Notes: generated by a model not told the origin, from the letters alone. A stretch of DNA of 64,000 bases from Octopus bimaculoides (GCF_001194135.2 NC_068990.1:81535549-81599548); one strand, 5' to 3'; positions 25,769 through 39,586 are shown, counted from the stretch's first letter. Made by a program: numbers and translations.

Positions 25769-26249
25769 CACTTTTTTCTCTTTCTTGGTGGAAAATACTA
25801 ATTGAGACTTAACTTTTCATTACTTAGCAACTATAAATAGTATAATAAATACACAAAGAAGGAGGCAAAAATAATTCAGATCACTTTTTGTTTCTAATGT
25901 TTGGTATTTCTTTTTTTCTACTTCTTCTTTTATTTTTCATTATCTACATACATCTGTATATTTGCTGCATATATCAAGAACATAGAAGCGGTATGGAAAG
26001 GGAGAGAGAGAGAGAGAGAGGGGATTAACCCAATCAATAATTGAGCACTTACATTTGTTTCTAATTGGGCTGTATAAGTTGATGCTTTAATTGATGTTTG
26101 TCTACTGTTTCATGAAAACAACAACAACAGTAGCAGCTTGAACAACAACAACTACTATGATGGCGATAGCAAAATCCCCATGTCATTGTAGCAGTCATAA
26201 GTTTCTTAAATAACAGTTATTTCTGGAAGAGCTCAGCAGAGAAGGAAGA

Positions 26250-26253
26250 GGAA

Positions 26254-26330
<77 letters not shown>
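26250..26330. repeat. (GA)n microsatellite
   Basis: Direct reading. Confidence 0.95.
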
Positions 26331-26333
<3 letters not shown>

Positions 26334-26851
26334 GTAGGAGGCAAGGATAGAGCAAAACAAAGCAAAGCAATTAAATTACAGCAAAAATATATAGTTATTT
26401 TCATTGTCAGACAAACAACATATACTACTATTTACATCTATCACTATATAGGTATCTACCTATCTATGTACCTATCTTCTCTGTTTATCTCTATTTATCT
26501 CTTCTTCTCTCTCCCTCTCTCATACACACACACACACACACACACACACAGTGTTCACGCTTTGTACATCTGGATGAACTTTGAAGTGGAAATATCTTAT
26601 AAAAAGACTTCTAAACTCTCACACACTCACACATGATATAAACATACTAAATAAGAATTAAAAAGATGCTGTGGTAAGTGTTGCATTTGTCTTTTAAATC
26701 CTTTCTATTATAAATTAGCATTTGTACATTTATGTACAAATACTATTTCTTTACAATAAATTAATTGTAAAATACAATATCAATGAAAATCCCTAAATGA
26801 ATACTGTATTTTATGAAAATAATCTCTTGAATAAGTTTTATGTGCACCAAA

Positions 26852-27009
26852 NNNNNNNNNNNNNNNNNNNNNNNNNNNNNNNNNNNNNNNNNNNNNNNNN
26901 NNNNNNNNNNNNNNNNNNNNNNNNNNNNNNNNNNNNNNNNNNNNNNNNNNNNNNNNNNNNNNNNNNNNNNNNNNNNNNNNNNNNNNNNNNNNNNNNNNNN
27001 NNNNNNNNN
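26852..27009. other. Assembly gap (158 N)
   Basis: N run. Confidence 1.
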
Positions 27010-27783
27010 TATATATATATATAAACAAACCAGCCTAAATTTTAACCTTTGATTTGCACTTACACCAAAACTGATGCCTATTCACTTTAAGGAAATTGCC
27101 ATGCAAAAAACTAGTCTACTGTACCAAAGTAAATATCAAATTTAACCTCCATTTGCTATAATGGTTTAACCAACAATTCTTTCAAAGGAAGATTCAATCA
27201 ACCTATGCATACATTTCAGAATGTAAACAAAGCAAAATGTGTAGTTATCAAGTTATATTTGAACATTAAAGTTCACTAACCTTCCTTTTAAATATTAACT
27301 TCAAAATATTATCTTTTACAAAAGCAATTTTCCCAGTTATGTATCTTTGAATCATATGAAATATTTTTTCTTCCATTTTTCCATTTCTAGTTCACTCTAG
27401 AAAATTATTCACTTCTTGAGCCATGGGATTTAAAATTCTAAAATACTTTAAACCTATTATATGCACTAATCACTAATAATGTCCCTTATATTTTTCCACA
27501 GAACGTGTACAATTTTCTCTATAGTTTGAATGACTTCTACATTGTACCTTGTATACATTGTACCCTATGACGTTCTCTTTCTCCCCTTATGTGTTGGAAA
27601 ACTTTCCCAACATACACTTTATCATTATAAAGACCAATACAGTTCACTGAAAATAAGTGTTGATCATTTATAATTAGCACATAATTCTCAGACGATTTAT
27701 ATATATGCAGTCATGCATGTATGATTGTTTATATGCTGATATATATGTATGTATGTATGCATGTATGTATGTATGTATGCATG

Positions 27784-27818
<35 letters not shown>

Positions 27819-27864
27819 GAAAATCGAAAATTAAAAAGAGCAAATAATAAAACAACAAAAGTCA

Positions 27865-28320
27865 AAAGGACTTACACGTGATGGAGTGTATTAGCTTGAC
27901 ATTCAGTATAGGATAGAAAAAAGAGTGGGTGTATAACGTTTTGGGGCTTGGCTCTTTGTCAGAAAGAGGATAAACAAAAAGTCTGGAGAAGGAAGAAATG
28001 GTCCAAGAAAAGTACGTATGGTTACATGGCTGAAATGACCAGAAGTGGAGAGAAATAGAGAAAGTGGTTTTTAAGGTAGTGTAAAAATGGCCAGTGTGTG
28101 TGTGAGATAGTATCTGTGTGTGTGCTTGTTTGAGTGATGTATGTGTAAAAGAATAGTGTTGAACTAGTGAGTAGCTGCCATTTGATTTCGTGGTGAGAGG
28201 CAAGGTGATGAGTGTGTGAGTGCGTAGGTGTTGCTTTGTGTATGTGTGTGATAGTGTGTGTGTGTGTATGAATGTGTGTGAGGGCATGTGTTTAGGCGTG
28301 AGTGTGTGGGCATGTGTGCA
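27865..28320 (-). mobile_element. Possible Penelope-like element terminal repeat relic
   Basis: Minus strand CTGACAAAGAGCCAAGCCCCAAAACGTTA (27934-27962) resembles the CTGAYGA-stem-GAAACGTT minimal hammerhead motif of PLE termini. Confidence 0.35.
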
Positions 28321-28346
28321 TGAGTGTGTGTATATATATGTCTACC

Positions 28347-28792
28347 GTGGAGGCGCAATGACCCAGTGATTAGGGCAGCTGACTTGCGGTTATAGGATTG
28401 CGGTTTTGATTCCCAGACCGGGTGTTGTGAGTGTTTATTGAGCTAAACCCCTAAAAGCTCCACAAGGCTCTAGCAGGGGGTGGTGGCAAACCCTGCTGTA
28501 TTCTTTTACCACAACTTTTTCTCACTCTTTCTTCCTGTTTCTGTTGTACCTGTATTTCAAAGGGCCATTCTTGTCACACTCTGTGTCACCCTCTGTGTCA
28601 CACTCTGTGTCACACTCTGTGTCACACTCTGTGTCACACTCTGTGTCACACTGAATCTCCTTGAGAACTACATTAAGTGTACACATGTCTGTGGAGTGCT
28701 CAGCCACTTGCACATTAATTTCACAAGCAGGCTGTTCCATTGATCAGATTAACTGGAACCCTCATTGTCATAACTGATGGAGTGCCATGATG
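28347..28792 (+). mobile_element. SINE family A copy with internal 12-bp minisatellite
   Basis: Colinear with 18461-18844. The 11-bp TSD has one mismatch (ATATGTCTACC 28336-28346, ATATATCTACC 28793-28803). (GTCACACTCTGT)6 plus a partial unit at 28573-28652. Confidence 0.9.
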
Positions 28793-28904
28793 ATATATCT
28801 ACCAATTCCATTTGGGTATCAACCCTGGAGTTTCCTTTATTAAACCCATCCATGGGTACTGGCTATCAGATACAATTATGAACAGAAATGAATAGTTTTA
28901 CTGA

Positions 28905-29275
28905 TTCCCAATCACATGGTCTTGGGTTCAGTCCCACTGCATGGCACCCTGTGTAAGTCTCTTCTACTATAACCTTGGGCTGACCAAAGACATGTGAACA
29001 GATTTGGTAGACAGAAACTGAAAGAAGCCTGTTGTATTTATATATATGTGTGTGTCTTTGTGTCTGTGTTTATCCATCAACTATCACTTGACAACTGATG
29101 TTGGTGTGTTTACATCCCTGTAATTTAGCGGTTCGGCAAAAGACGCCAATAAAATAAGTACTAGGCTTACAAAGAATAAGTCCTGGGGTTGATTTCTTCG
29201 ACTAAAACCCTTTAAGGAGGTGTTCTGGCATGGCTGCAGCCAAGTGATTGAAAGAAGTAAAAGAATAAAAAGAAG
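28905..29275 (+). mobile_element. SINE family B copy, head decayed
   Basis: GGGTTCAGTCCCACTGC...GATTTGGTAGAC...microsatellite...AATAAGTACTAGGCTTACAAAGAATAAGTCCTGGGG...AAGTAAAAGA, colinear with 60158-60558. Confidence 0.85.
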
Positions 29276-29414
29276 AATACATAGAGTTTATATTATTATT
29301 ATTAACACCGAAAATGGAATGAGCAATTCATTTAATAAAATAAATTACTCAGTCCATTTCCCTTGTTAATGTTCATATGTATCAAGTCAACAATATGGTA
29401 AAAACGTTAACACA

Positions 29415-29595
29415 TGGGTAAAATGCTTAGTGGACTTTCGTTTGTCTTTATGCTCTGAGTTCAAATTCTGCTGAGGTTGACTTTAGCTTTTGTTCTTTTG
29501 GAGTCAACGAAACAAGTACCAGCTTAGTTCTGGGGTCAAGGTAATTGACTAGCTCCTGCCCCCAAAATTGCTGACTTTGTGCCAAAATTTGAAAC
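29415..29595 (+). mobile_element. SINE family C' copy
   Basis: AAATGCTTAGTGG...TGAGTTCAAATTCTGCTGAGGTTGAC...AAGTACC...CTGGGGTC...GTGCCAAAATTTGAAACC. Confidence 0.75.
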
Positions 29596-29603
29596 CAACA
29601 CTG

Positions 29604-29636
<33 letters not shown>

Positions 29637-29780
29637 AATGTATGTATGTGTATTTGTTTTTGTATGTATGTATATGTGTGTATATATCATATATGTATAC
29701 ATGTATGCATATTTATATGTAAGTATATTGTGTGTGTATGTATATATGTGTATGTGTGTGTGTGTGTATATATATATATG

Positions 29781-29814
<34 letters not shown>

Positions 29815-30249
29815 CGCGCGCACACACACACACATACGCATATATTTATATTCCTTTATCATGAGAATAATTCATTTCTCATACCTATATAAAACATCCT
29901 TTCACATTCACTCATAATTATTAAATCAACCCATTATTCCATATTTGGTTGTCTTCTCTTTATTCTTCATCCTTACTTGCATCCATATTCTGGCTAATTC
30001 TATTCATTTGCTTTCTTCCTTTTCTTGGCTCTGTATCACTCTATATTTCATGATCTATTCACTCTACCCCTTACATGTATACATTTAACTGATTTCTGAT
30101 TTTCCAATATGGTTTGATGAAGCCAGATTTTTAGCAAAACTTTGAAGTCACTGTCACCATTTCAAAGCTTACATATATATGTATATATAATTTCTGTATC
30201 ATATCCTGTTAATCATCCTATTGATACAGATTATAACAACAGGCATGGC

Positions 30250-30320
<71 letters not shown>

Positions 30321-30939
30321 TAGGGATGCCTCTAAGTTTTTATTGCTTTTTTTAAGGGTTTAACATCTCTGGAAAATTTGCATAGTTTTTAAAGATTTGG
30401 GGGGTTTTTTGGGGGTTTTTTTTTGCTCTTTTGTGGGGCAAGACAGGAAGGAAATGGAAGCGGCTTCAACCATCAATTACTGAAACCTTAATTTCATATG
30501 CAACATTGGTTTCATTGTTGTTATTAACTATAGATGTGGAATAATTGTTTTTCTCTTTCTGCTCCTTTCCACACAATCAACTACGATATTTTGTTGAATA
30601 TTTTTCTCAATGATATCCCATTGCTTGTCATTCCTCCATTTTCAAATTGCTTTATTCTTATCTCAAAGGATAATGATGACCTGTGTATGAATCATAAGCT
30701 GCCCCTGCCACTCTTTCCATTCCAATTTCTTTGAAGTCACCATGTTTAGTGAAGTCAAAGAATTGCACTATAACCTATTGACTTTAAAAAAATAGGGTAC
30801 ATTGGATCATATAATTATAGATGCAGTATGTCTGAATGAGGGATGGGATGGCGAAGTCTAAAATACTTCCGATCATAAGTTTACTCAAACAGGGCTGACT
30901 TGGGTTAACTATCACCAGCAACAGCAACAATAATAATAA

Positions 30940-31610
30940 TGGCTTCAAATTTTGGTACAAGGATGGAGGTAAGTTGGTTATATCAACCCCAAATTGATGG
31001 AAACCAAGGTTAGTCTCAGTGGCATTTAAACTTAGAACATAAAGAACCAAAAGAAATGCTGCTAAGCATATTTTCTGGCACACTAATGATTCTTTTAGCT
31101 TGTCACATTAATGATAATAATAATAATTTGGGGGGAGGAGATGAGTTGATTACATCGACCCCAGTGTTCAACTGGTACTTATTTTATCGATCCTGAAAGA
31201 ATGAAAGGGAATTTGAACTCAGAATGTAGAAACAAGCGAAATACCTCTAAGCATTTTGTTCAATGCGCTAATGATTCTGCCAGCTCGCCGCCTTGATAAT
31301 AATGATAATGATAATAATAATAAGAAGAAGAAGAAGTAGAAGAAGAAGAAAGAAAAGAAGGAAAATTAAATGGTGTGGGTGATAGAGATTGTAGAGTGTT
31401 AGACAAAATGCTTTGCAATATTTTGTGCATTGAATTGTCAAGTTGGCAAAATTGTTAGCACTCTGGGCAAAATGCCTTGTGGCATTTTGTCCTGCTCTAT
31501 GTTCTAAGTTCAAATTCCACTGGGGTCCACTTTGCCTTTCATCCTTTTGAGGTTGATGTAATCGACTTGCCCTTGCTGGCCTTGTGCCAGAATTTGAAAC
31601 CAATATTTAG
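30940..31610. mobile_element. Cluster of three family C' SINE copies (-, -, +)
   Basis: 30940-31100 (-), 31125-31292 (-) and 31445-31610 (+), separated by (AAT)/(AAG) tracts. Confidence 0.75.
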
Positions 31611-32553
31611 TTACATTCATTTATGCACTGATAGAATTCATAGAGGCTTATCTGGAAAAGCTTTACACATGGGTGCAGGTTTGGACACATGGTTAAGAAG
31701 ACTACTTATAATTTGCTGCAAGTACTGTGAGATGAATTTAAAGCATATCTTCTCTTACAACCTTAAACTTTGCCATGGTGTAGTAAACCATTACTTTTGC
31801 ATACCCTGTATCAGCAATGATAGGATGAGGGTTATATTAGCACAGTTCATTTCAGCAATAATATTTCATTGCTTAGCACATACAATCTTTCTCATTTTGT
31901 AATAAGAAGTATAACAAGTCATTTCATATAAAACATCAGCTCTTAATTCATGATACTGTTTAAGACAAAATGCTTTCAATAAAGTCTCAGTTTGAGGTTA
32001 TGTGTGTGTAAATGAAATGAAAATGTGTTGCAAGAAATAATTCTGAATGATCTATAACATACATTTGTACAACAAAGACGAATAAAGCTATATCAAATAC
32101 CATGCAAGATAATTTCTTGATTTGCTTAAATAATCGTCACTTCTGGTGGAGAAACAACATTTGCTTGGTGGCATTTGGGACTGACTGTAAATCTGAATGA
32201 GAAGAGGGAGATAATCACAAGAAGCAAGAATTGACATGTTACTATGGGAAAGATAATCTGATTGCCTGGAAACAAAAGAACAGCTGTGGATTTATGTCTC
32301 TGGCTCAATAGGTATAGTCAGTGCAGCAACTGCCCTACTTTGCCTCCAGCAAAACATAATACTTATGCATGCATAAAAGAGTAAAACACATTTGTTTAGG
32401 TAATTTTCATAACTGAAACAATCTATTCCAGTGAATATATCAATAATAATGATGATGATACATATATGAAATATATTTAATTTATTATTCTACTTCTGTA
32501 CTACTATGCTTCAAGTGAACTACAACGTTCTTCATACATATATATATATATAT

Positions 32554-32976
32554 TCTTTTACTCTTTTACTTGTTTCAGTCATTTGACTGTGGCCATGCTG
32601 GGGCACCGCCTTTAGTCGAGCAAATCGACCCCAGGACTTATTCTTTGTAAGCCTAGTACTTATTCTATCGGTCTCTTTTTGCCGAACCGCTAAGTTACGG
32701 GGATGTAAACACACCAGCATCGGTTGTCAAGTGAAGTTGGCGGGGGGGGGGACAAACACAGACACACAAACATATACACACACATGCATATATATATATA
32801 CATACATATATACAACAGGCTTCTTTCAGTTTCCGTCTACCAAATCCACTCACAAGGCTTTGGTCAGCCTGAGGCTATAGTAGGAGACACTTGCCCAAGG
32901 TGCCACGCAGTGGGACTGAACCCAGAACCATGTGGTTGGTAAGCAAGCTACTTACCACACAGCCACTCCTGCACCT
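32554..32976 (-). mobile_element. Full-length SINE family B (tRNA head, CORE-like segment, internal microsatellite)
   Basis: Minus strand AGGTGCAGGAGTGGCTGTGTGGTAAG (A box), GGGTTCAGTCCC (B box), GGCACCTTGGGCAAGTG (resembles the CORE domain), (TA/TG)n, 3' end TGACTGAAACAAGTAAAAGAGTAAAAGA. Sits in a TA tract. Confidence 0.9.
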
Positions 32977-33004
32977 ATATATATTAGACAAGAATATTTG
33001 CAAG

Positions 33005-34020
33005 AATAAAACTCAGCTGGAAGAATTTCAGAGCTCTGTTGGTTACAGAAGGCCTTTCTTTCTCAGAGTGAAATGAAGCTAGCATGCTCTTCTGGACGAG
33101 CAATGTCAGTGTGCTTGTGTGACAAAATGCAAATGTGTTCAAAGGAAAATTAAGCATAAGGGGAATCAGATGTAGTGTACAAGAGAGAAGATTACACTGG
33201 TATGGTGGTTATGTGATGAGTATGGATGAGGACAGCTGCACAAAGAAATGCCAATTGCCAAGTGTAGATGGAACCTGTGAAAGAAGGTGAGAGGGGATGA
33301 AGTAGTAAAGAATGAACTCCAGATGTTGAGTCTCACAGAGGAGATGACAAAGGATCAAGATGGTTGGTGATTTGCTGTGCTTAAGAAGATTTTTCCATAT
33401 CAACACAGATGAAGCCCTAGAATTTATATCTTTGCTCCTGCGCCCAAACAATCTCTGACATTTTTCTTCCACACTCAACACTTTTCCACACTACTCACTT
33501 TTCCACACTACTCACTTTTCCACACTACTCACTTTTCCACACTACTCACTTTCCTCACTATGACACTATTCACTCAGCTACTGTAATCATATGAGGGCAG
33601 AGCTGACCATATTTTATCTGAAAATTTTTGCACTTTCACTCACTCCCCCCACCTGCCAGGAGTCACTTTGTTTCTTGTGTTCTCAGTATCCTTATCTTCC
33701 ACTGAGTGCCTCATTTCATTTCCACTCTTCCCCTTTACAACCTCACATTCTGCCAATTGCTGCCCCTATTACTTATGTTCCTCTACCTCTTTTCTCACCC
33801 CTATGTCCCTATGTACCTCTGACCTTGTCTCTGACGCTATGTATCTCTCATACATCACACTCCACATCACCTGTACTGCCACCTATCATCTCCCTGTCCC
33901 AATTCTATTTCCTCATTCCAGCATGGAAAATGAATATCAAACAGTGATGATGATGATATTGATGAGGGTGATATCGATGAGGTTGATGATGATATTGAAG
34001 AGGTTGATGATGATGATGTA
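33005..34020 (+). mobile_element. RTE-clade LINE 3' fragment with UTR and degenerate (GAT)n tail
   Basis: NEASMLFW...KLSIRGIRCSVQERRLHWYG..VMSMDEDSCTKKCQL, pyrimidine-rich UTR, CCAGCATGGAAAA..AAACAGTGATGATG. A 17-bp tandem repeat lies at 33480-33554. Confidence 0.85.
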
Positions 34021-35195
34021 CATGTGTGTGTGATTGTGTATGTATTGCATGTATATATGTGTATGTGTCTATCTTTGTCTACAATGTTATTGTTCAGCAA
34101 TTGCAATATATAATTTAAAAAATCAAATCAAACAGAAATCTTAACTTTATTGCTTTCCAACATAATGCATGTTACTATTTTATTTGTTTGCAAATATTAC
34201 TTGGCCAGATGTGACTAACAGGTGTTGTTGTTTAGACCTACCTAGGTTAGCCCTTTTTGAACAAACCAATAATCAAAATCAATTCAATTATGACCATCTC
34301 ATCTTTTATTTAGATGTAATGTACCCAGAACTACACTGTCTAGTGAGCTTTTTCTTTATTTGAGTGTGATTTGAGGAAGATTTGGTTGTTATTTCTGGCA
34401 AATCAACAAAGCTCTTATTAGCTAATGATTGAATGATAAAGTTGTGGACAACTGTAAATTCTGACCAAAATAAACAAAAATGTGTGATAACAGTTTAAAT
34501 AGTTTTTATTATATTTTCTACTGGTTGATGAATATACTTGGGTCAAGTTACGTTGGCCACAATAAAATGAAGATATGATTCATTTCTGTCACCAAGAAAA
34601 TAATACACAGAAAAGATTACTCTGTTACTAATGTAGAGATGAACATCGCGTTCTATAAGCCTGATGGTGACACACACATACACATGCACACACACACATG
34701 GGCACGTGTGCACACACACACACACGTGTGTGATACTTGTAGTTGGTGGTAAGTCAACAAAGAAACCAATAGAACGGCATATATATATATGTACCAGATA
34801 GAAGTGTGTGTGCATGCCTGTCAACCACACTGTAAACAGTGTCAGGTGGTAATCTCCCCTATGCCAGATCTTCAATATTCCTCTACATTAGCTTTTTCAC
34901 CACAGAGATCAGAAACACCAGTCTAAGTTATTGATTGATCAAAAAAGTTAATAGTGTAAGATAGTTTAGGTGCCAGTTTTTCTGACTTATTGAATAGTAT
35001 GGTGTACCAATTGATTGATTCAAAAAGTAATGATGTAGGTTTGGCTCAGCTGAAATTAAGCTGTCAACCTGTGGATTTATGTTTGAGTCACTGATATGCT
35101 TCATCTAATTTACTTCAGATTCTCAGACTCTTAGAGTCAGTCTTATATTAAATATGAGTAATTGTGAGAAAGAAGCATAGGAACAAAATGACTGT

Positions 35196-35297
<102 letters not shown>

Positions 35298-37085
35298 CTG
35301 CATCTAACACTCTAAATCCCAATGAAAATTTAGAATGTTAGAAATGCATATAAGTTTAAAATATTTTGGCTTGCTTCACAAAATCTGTACATGCATGCAT
35401 TATTATTTTAGTGTCACAGATGAAATAGAGACAGATAAAATATGTAGTTTTGGGCCTTTACAACCTAGCTTCAAAACCCATGAGAGCTGACTTTGACCTT
35501 CGTTCTTCAGGTGTCAGTAAGTTAAGTACTGAGTTGGGATAGTTTCAATTGACTGTTCTCATTCCCTCAAAATTTGTAGTTTTGTGCCTAAATTACAAGT
35601 CATTAATTTTACGTTAGCAGATAGGGTAAATTGATGAACTGCTTTACAATAATTAGTTACATCCTTTACATTTTGAGTACACACACGCCTTTAAAGGCCA
35701 ATGTTACTCTTTATCCTTTTAGTTACTTACTACATCAATTAAATCAAGTCTACTCCTTTTCACCTAAAATTGTAACTGTGTACCTCTGATTAAAATCATT
35801 ATCTTTTTAGAATTTTCACATTCAGTTTGAATATGAATTCATATATTTCACACACACATAATATTTTTTTTCAGTATATATAACATGTAGCTAATAAAAT
35901 AAATCTTTCTGAAAATCTATATTAACTAAAGATTATTTAAATAGCAGATAAATATTTATAAATCAAATAATACTTTCACATTAACGACAAAGATTTTGAT
36001 TACACTATTTTTTTTTTAGGGTTTGGATAGGTACAGTTGTCTGATTCCAGTATATTACTAGTATTTATTTCATAAGATCACTTGCTGCTTTATTTGAACT
36101 TGGAACCATCAGAGATGAAAGTAAATACATCAAAACATTTTGTGTGTAGTTTTATTGTCTTAGCAAATTCCACTGCTCTGTGTATTGACACCTGCTGAAA
36201 ATAGCACTGAAAATAATCTTTAATGCATGAATATTAATTCTATTGTATGTGTGAGACAGGTGGTTAGATAGGGTGTGTGTGTGTGTGTGTGTATACACTC
36301 ACAAAAGTATGTATGTATGTACTCATACACATGGCTCTATGTATGTATGTATACACACACACATGTATGTATGTATATATACGTATATATATATATATAT
36401 ACATACACATACAGACATGTACACAGAAAATGTGTGTGTGTGTGAGAGAGAGAGAGATCATTTATCTTTAATAAGCTTTTAAAACTATTAGGAGGCTAAC
36501 TAATCTAAAATCAATCTAACATTATCTTAATCTAACCTTTAAATTCAGCATGTTCTTTAATTTAATTAGAGGAATTCCTCAAAGGAATTTTGATGTAAAG
36601 AATATTGAATTTCATTAGTTAAAAAATGTATAAAAATCAGATTTTTTAAAACAGAGTAACAACAAAGCATTTTGGATGTTAAAATAGTTTCCATATTATT
36701 AATTCATCTTTGATTTATCTTTAACACATAAACTCACTAGTGTTGTAAATCAAGTAAAACAGTTACCATTATTTTGATATAATATAATTAATGGCAGTTT
36801 TTAATAAGATTGAGATAAAAATTGATTTCTTTAGTCCTTGCTGGTTTACTAATATACTAGATATATTACTCACATACAAAAGATTTTTCTAGAGCAGGGA
36901 CTTCAAGCTGTAAAAAGAATTCAGATTTCATATAAATATGTATATAAAAGAAGTTTATAAACAGATTAATTTGCTGATATCAAGTTTAAATTTAGTAAAA
37001 ATTTCATATTTAATAGGCTGCTCTATGTATGAGGAGAAAAAGGATATTTTCTAAGGATATTTTTCCATGCTAATATAGGTTAGAT

Positions 37086-37493
37086 CAGTATTTCTTAACC
37101 ATTTTTTTTATAGCCCCACCAACTTTTAAGTAGTTGTTATGTCCAGTGCCCGTGTAGGTGGTAAAAGAACATGACTAAACTAACTTAACATGGATGTTAA
37201 TTTATAAATTTTACTCTAAATTGGATTGTATAAGATTTTAACAGTGAAATGATAAAATATCAATAAAGACAAAAGTTGTAAATTTACTTTATACATCATT
37301 AGTTAATGACTTCCTTGTGCCTGTTCAGACCTCGTTTTATTTTAATTACCATCATTAGTTTTATCATGTATAATATAATGACTCCTATAGGAGTATGTTA
37401 ATTATGTTACCTTACTGTCCCCTAAAACCTAACGCCCCTTCAACATGCCCAGTGCCCCCTTGGGTGTGCTACTGCCCATGTTGAGAACTGATA
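37086..37493. mobile_element. hAT/Charlie-type MITE, decayed
   Basis: Left end CAGTATTTCTTAACC, right end GTTGAGAAC with GC-rich subterminal CCCCCTTGGG. Flanks GGTTAGAT (37078-37085) and GGTTACAT (37494-37501). Confidence 0.65.
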
Positions 37494-39399
37494 GGTTACA
37501 TGAATATGTCCCTTATCCAACTCATGCTACACACACACACAGACACACTCATACACACACACGCACACACACATATATATATATATATGTATAAATTTAC
37601 CGAGATAGTTCTATCAAATTAGACATGAATGTATTCGTGTGAAACATTTTACTATTGTTGTTTTGTAAATATAAATACAATACATATATTACTGCCTATA
37701 TACAGTATTGTACTGTATATATTACTTATGACTAGTGGTATGTCTTCTGCAATATTTTTCATATTATTCATCAAACATGATATGATTGATTGAAAGATAC
37801 ATAATTTCTTGATTACACATTACATTATGAAAAATATATTATTATAATAATCAGGAAAACAGACCTAAGATGCGTTATTCAAATTTGAACATGCAACACG
37901 GCACTGTGCCTGTTTAATATTCATTTTTCAGTTTCTTCTGAATGTTAGCTATTTATAAAGTTTTCCAACTTCATAATCAAATAAATGTAGACTAAATAAT
38001 TTTATGGACAAAAAATTAAACTTTGCAAAATTTCATGCAATCTCTTAATTGATCTAATTTAGCCTGTCATAATATATGAAAGTGTCATTAAACTATATAG
38101 CAGGAGTTGCTTTGCAAATATATAATTTTCTTCTATATTCACCAGTGTAGTGTATTTTGTATTACATATGTTGTTCGTTCACATATTTCTTTAGAGGTGT
38201 GACTTTAATTTATGATGAGCGAATATCTCATAAAACTTGCTGCCAGTAGAAGGTTGCTTATACCTGACATACATGCTCTTTTATTAACAACCTTTGATGT
38301 TCTTTATAGAAGTGAATATGTAAAATTTTAATATTACATGAAAGTAGTGCTCTAACTTAGTCATAGCCCTGAGTTCTCTACATTAAGGTGCATAGCTACA
38401 TTTCACTCTTTGTTGGAAGAGGAGAGACATAAATACATGAACATTTTATTTCATTTCTTCGCACTAGATAAAAAAAGATTAGGCAAAATGTTTATTACAA
38501 GGTCTTGAGTGTTTGATGAAAGTAAGTGAAGAAGATTTGGGGATTTTAGCATGCTAATTGTTATTTAATCCTAATCCAACCTTGATCAAATAGACTTGTG
38601 ATCAAAACATTCTTGACATGGACATTAATTCTTTTAAGTCGTATGTAGGATTACATTAACCAATGAAGTATTTTTTTAAGACAGTAGGGTGTGACCTGAG
38701 AGGGATATGTGTGCTATTTCTAGCAGGTTGAGTGATAATTAGAGATTCCCTCATTGGGCTGCTAGTTTACAAAAGCAGAAGCTGTAGTAGTAGTAGAGAT
38801 AGAAGAAGAAGAAGAGAGGAGAAACAGTATCTCTCTAAACCAGTGTTTGCAGCATGTTGGTATATGAATCATTGACAAATATGCTGGATGATCTTTCTCT
38901 TTAAAATATGATCTAGAATGCATGTGTGTAGAGGGTGTAGCTGTAGCTGCTGGTTCCCTAATATGTGAACAGTATCCCAATGTGGATCACATTTGAGTTC
39001 TTTAAAGAGTCAGAAAGGGACAAACTCTGAAGAATTTTCATAATCTGAAGTGGAAGTATAGTATTTGGAATGTAATTTTTAACAATTATCACGCTTATCA
39101 CACAGTAATTTTATTACTATTGAAAATAATGATTTTTTGTCAACAGAAATGATAAGTGTGATAATTAAAACTTCAAGATGAACATTGAAAATCTAATAAT
39201 ATCTGATTATATGACATATCCTTAATGTAAATTCAGGTTTGAGAATTATTTCAAAATTAAATTTTAAATAGAATCTGTATTTTCTGCATTAAGGAACAAG
39301 TAGAAAATCATATTTTGATATATTTTTATATATATTTCTTGACTAGTATACTTCATGTGTGTATGTGTCTATCAGTATATGGTTTAATGTGTCTGCCCA

Positions 39400-39436
<37 letters not shown>

Positions 39437-39534
39437 CTGTATGTTAATAAGTTGTCTTTTATGAAATTTCTTCAAATTTCCTGTAATTTTGAATTGTGTT
39501 CATTCACAATTATGGCTTTGAAACCAAATATCCT

Positions 39535-39535
<1 letters not shown>

Positions 39536-39586
<51 letters not shown>

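Noticed and set aside
28573-28652. Regular short repeats as possible CRISPR arrays (also 33480-33554, 53472-53517)
   Set aside because: Head-to-tail units with no unique spacers, eukaryotic context and no cas genes.
38762-39045. GC-elevated minus-strand segment with a strong acceptor (also 46270-46370, 56464-56561, 61980-62053)
   Set aside because: Frames close early or phases do not chain; no homology recognised.
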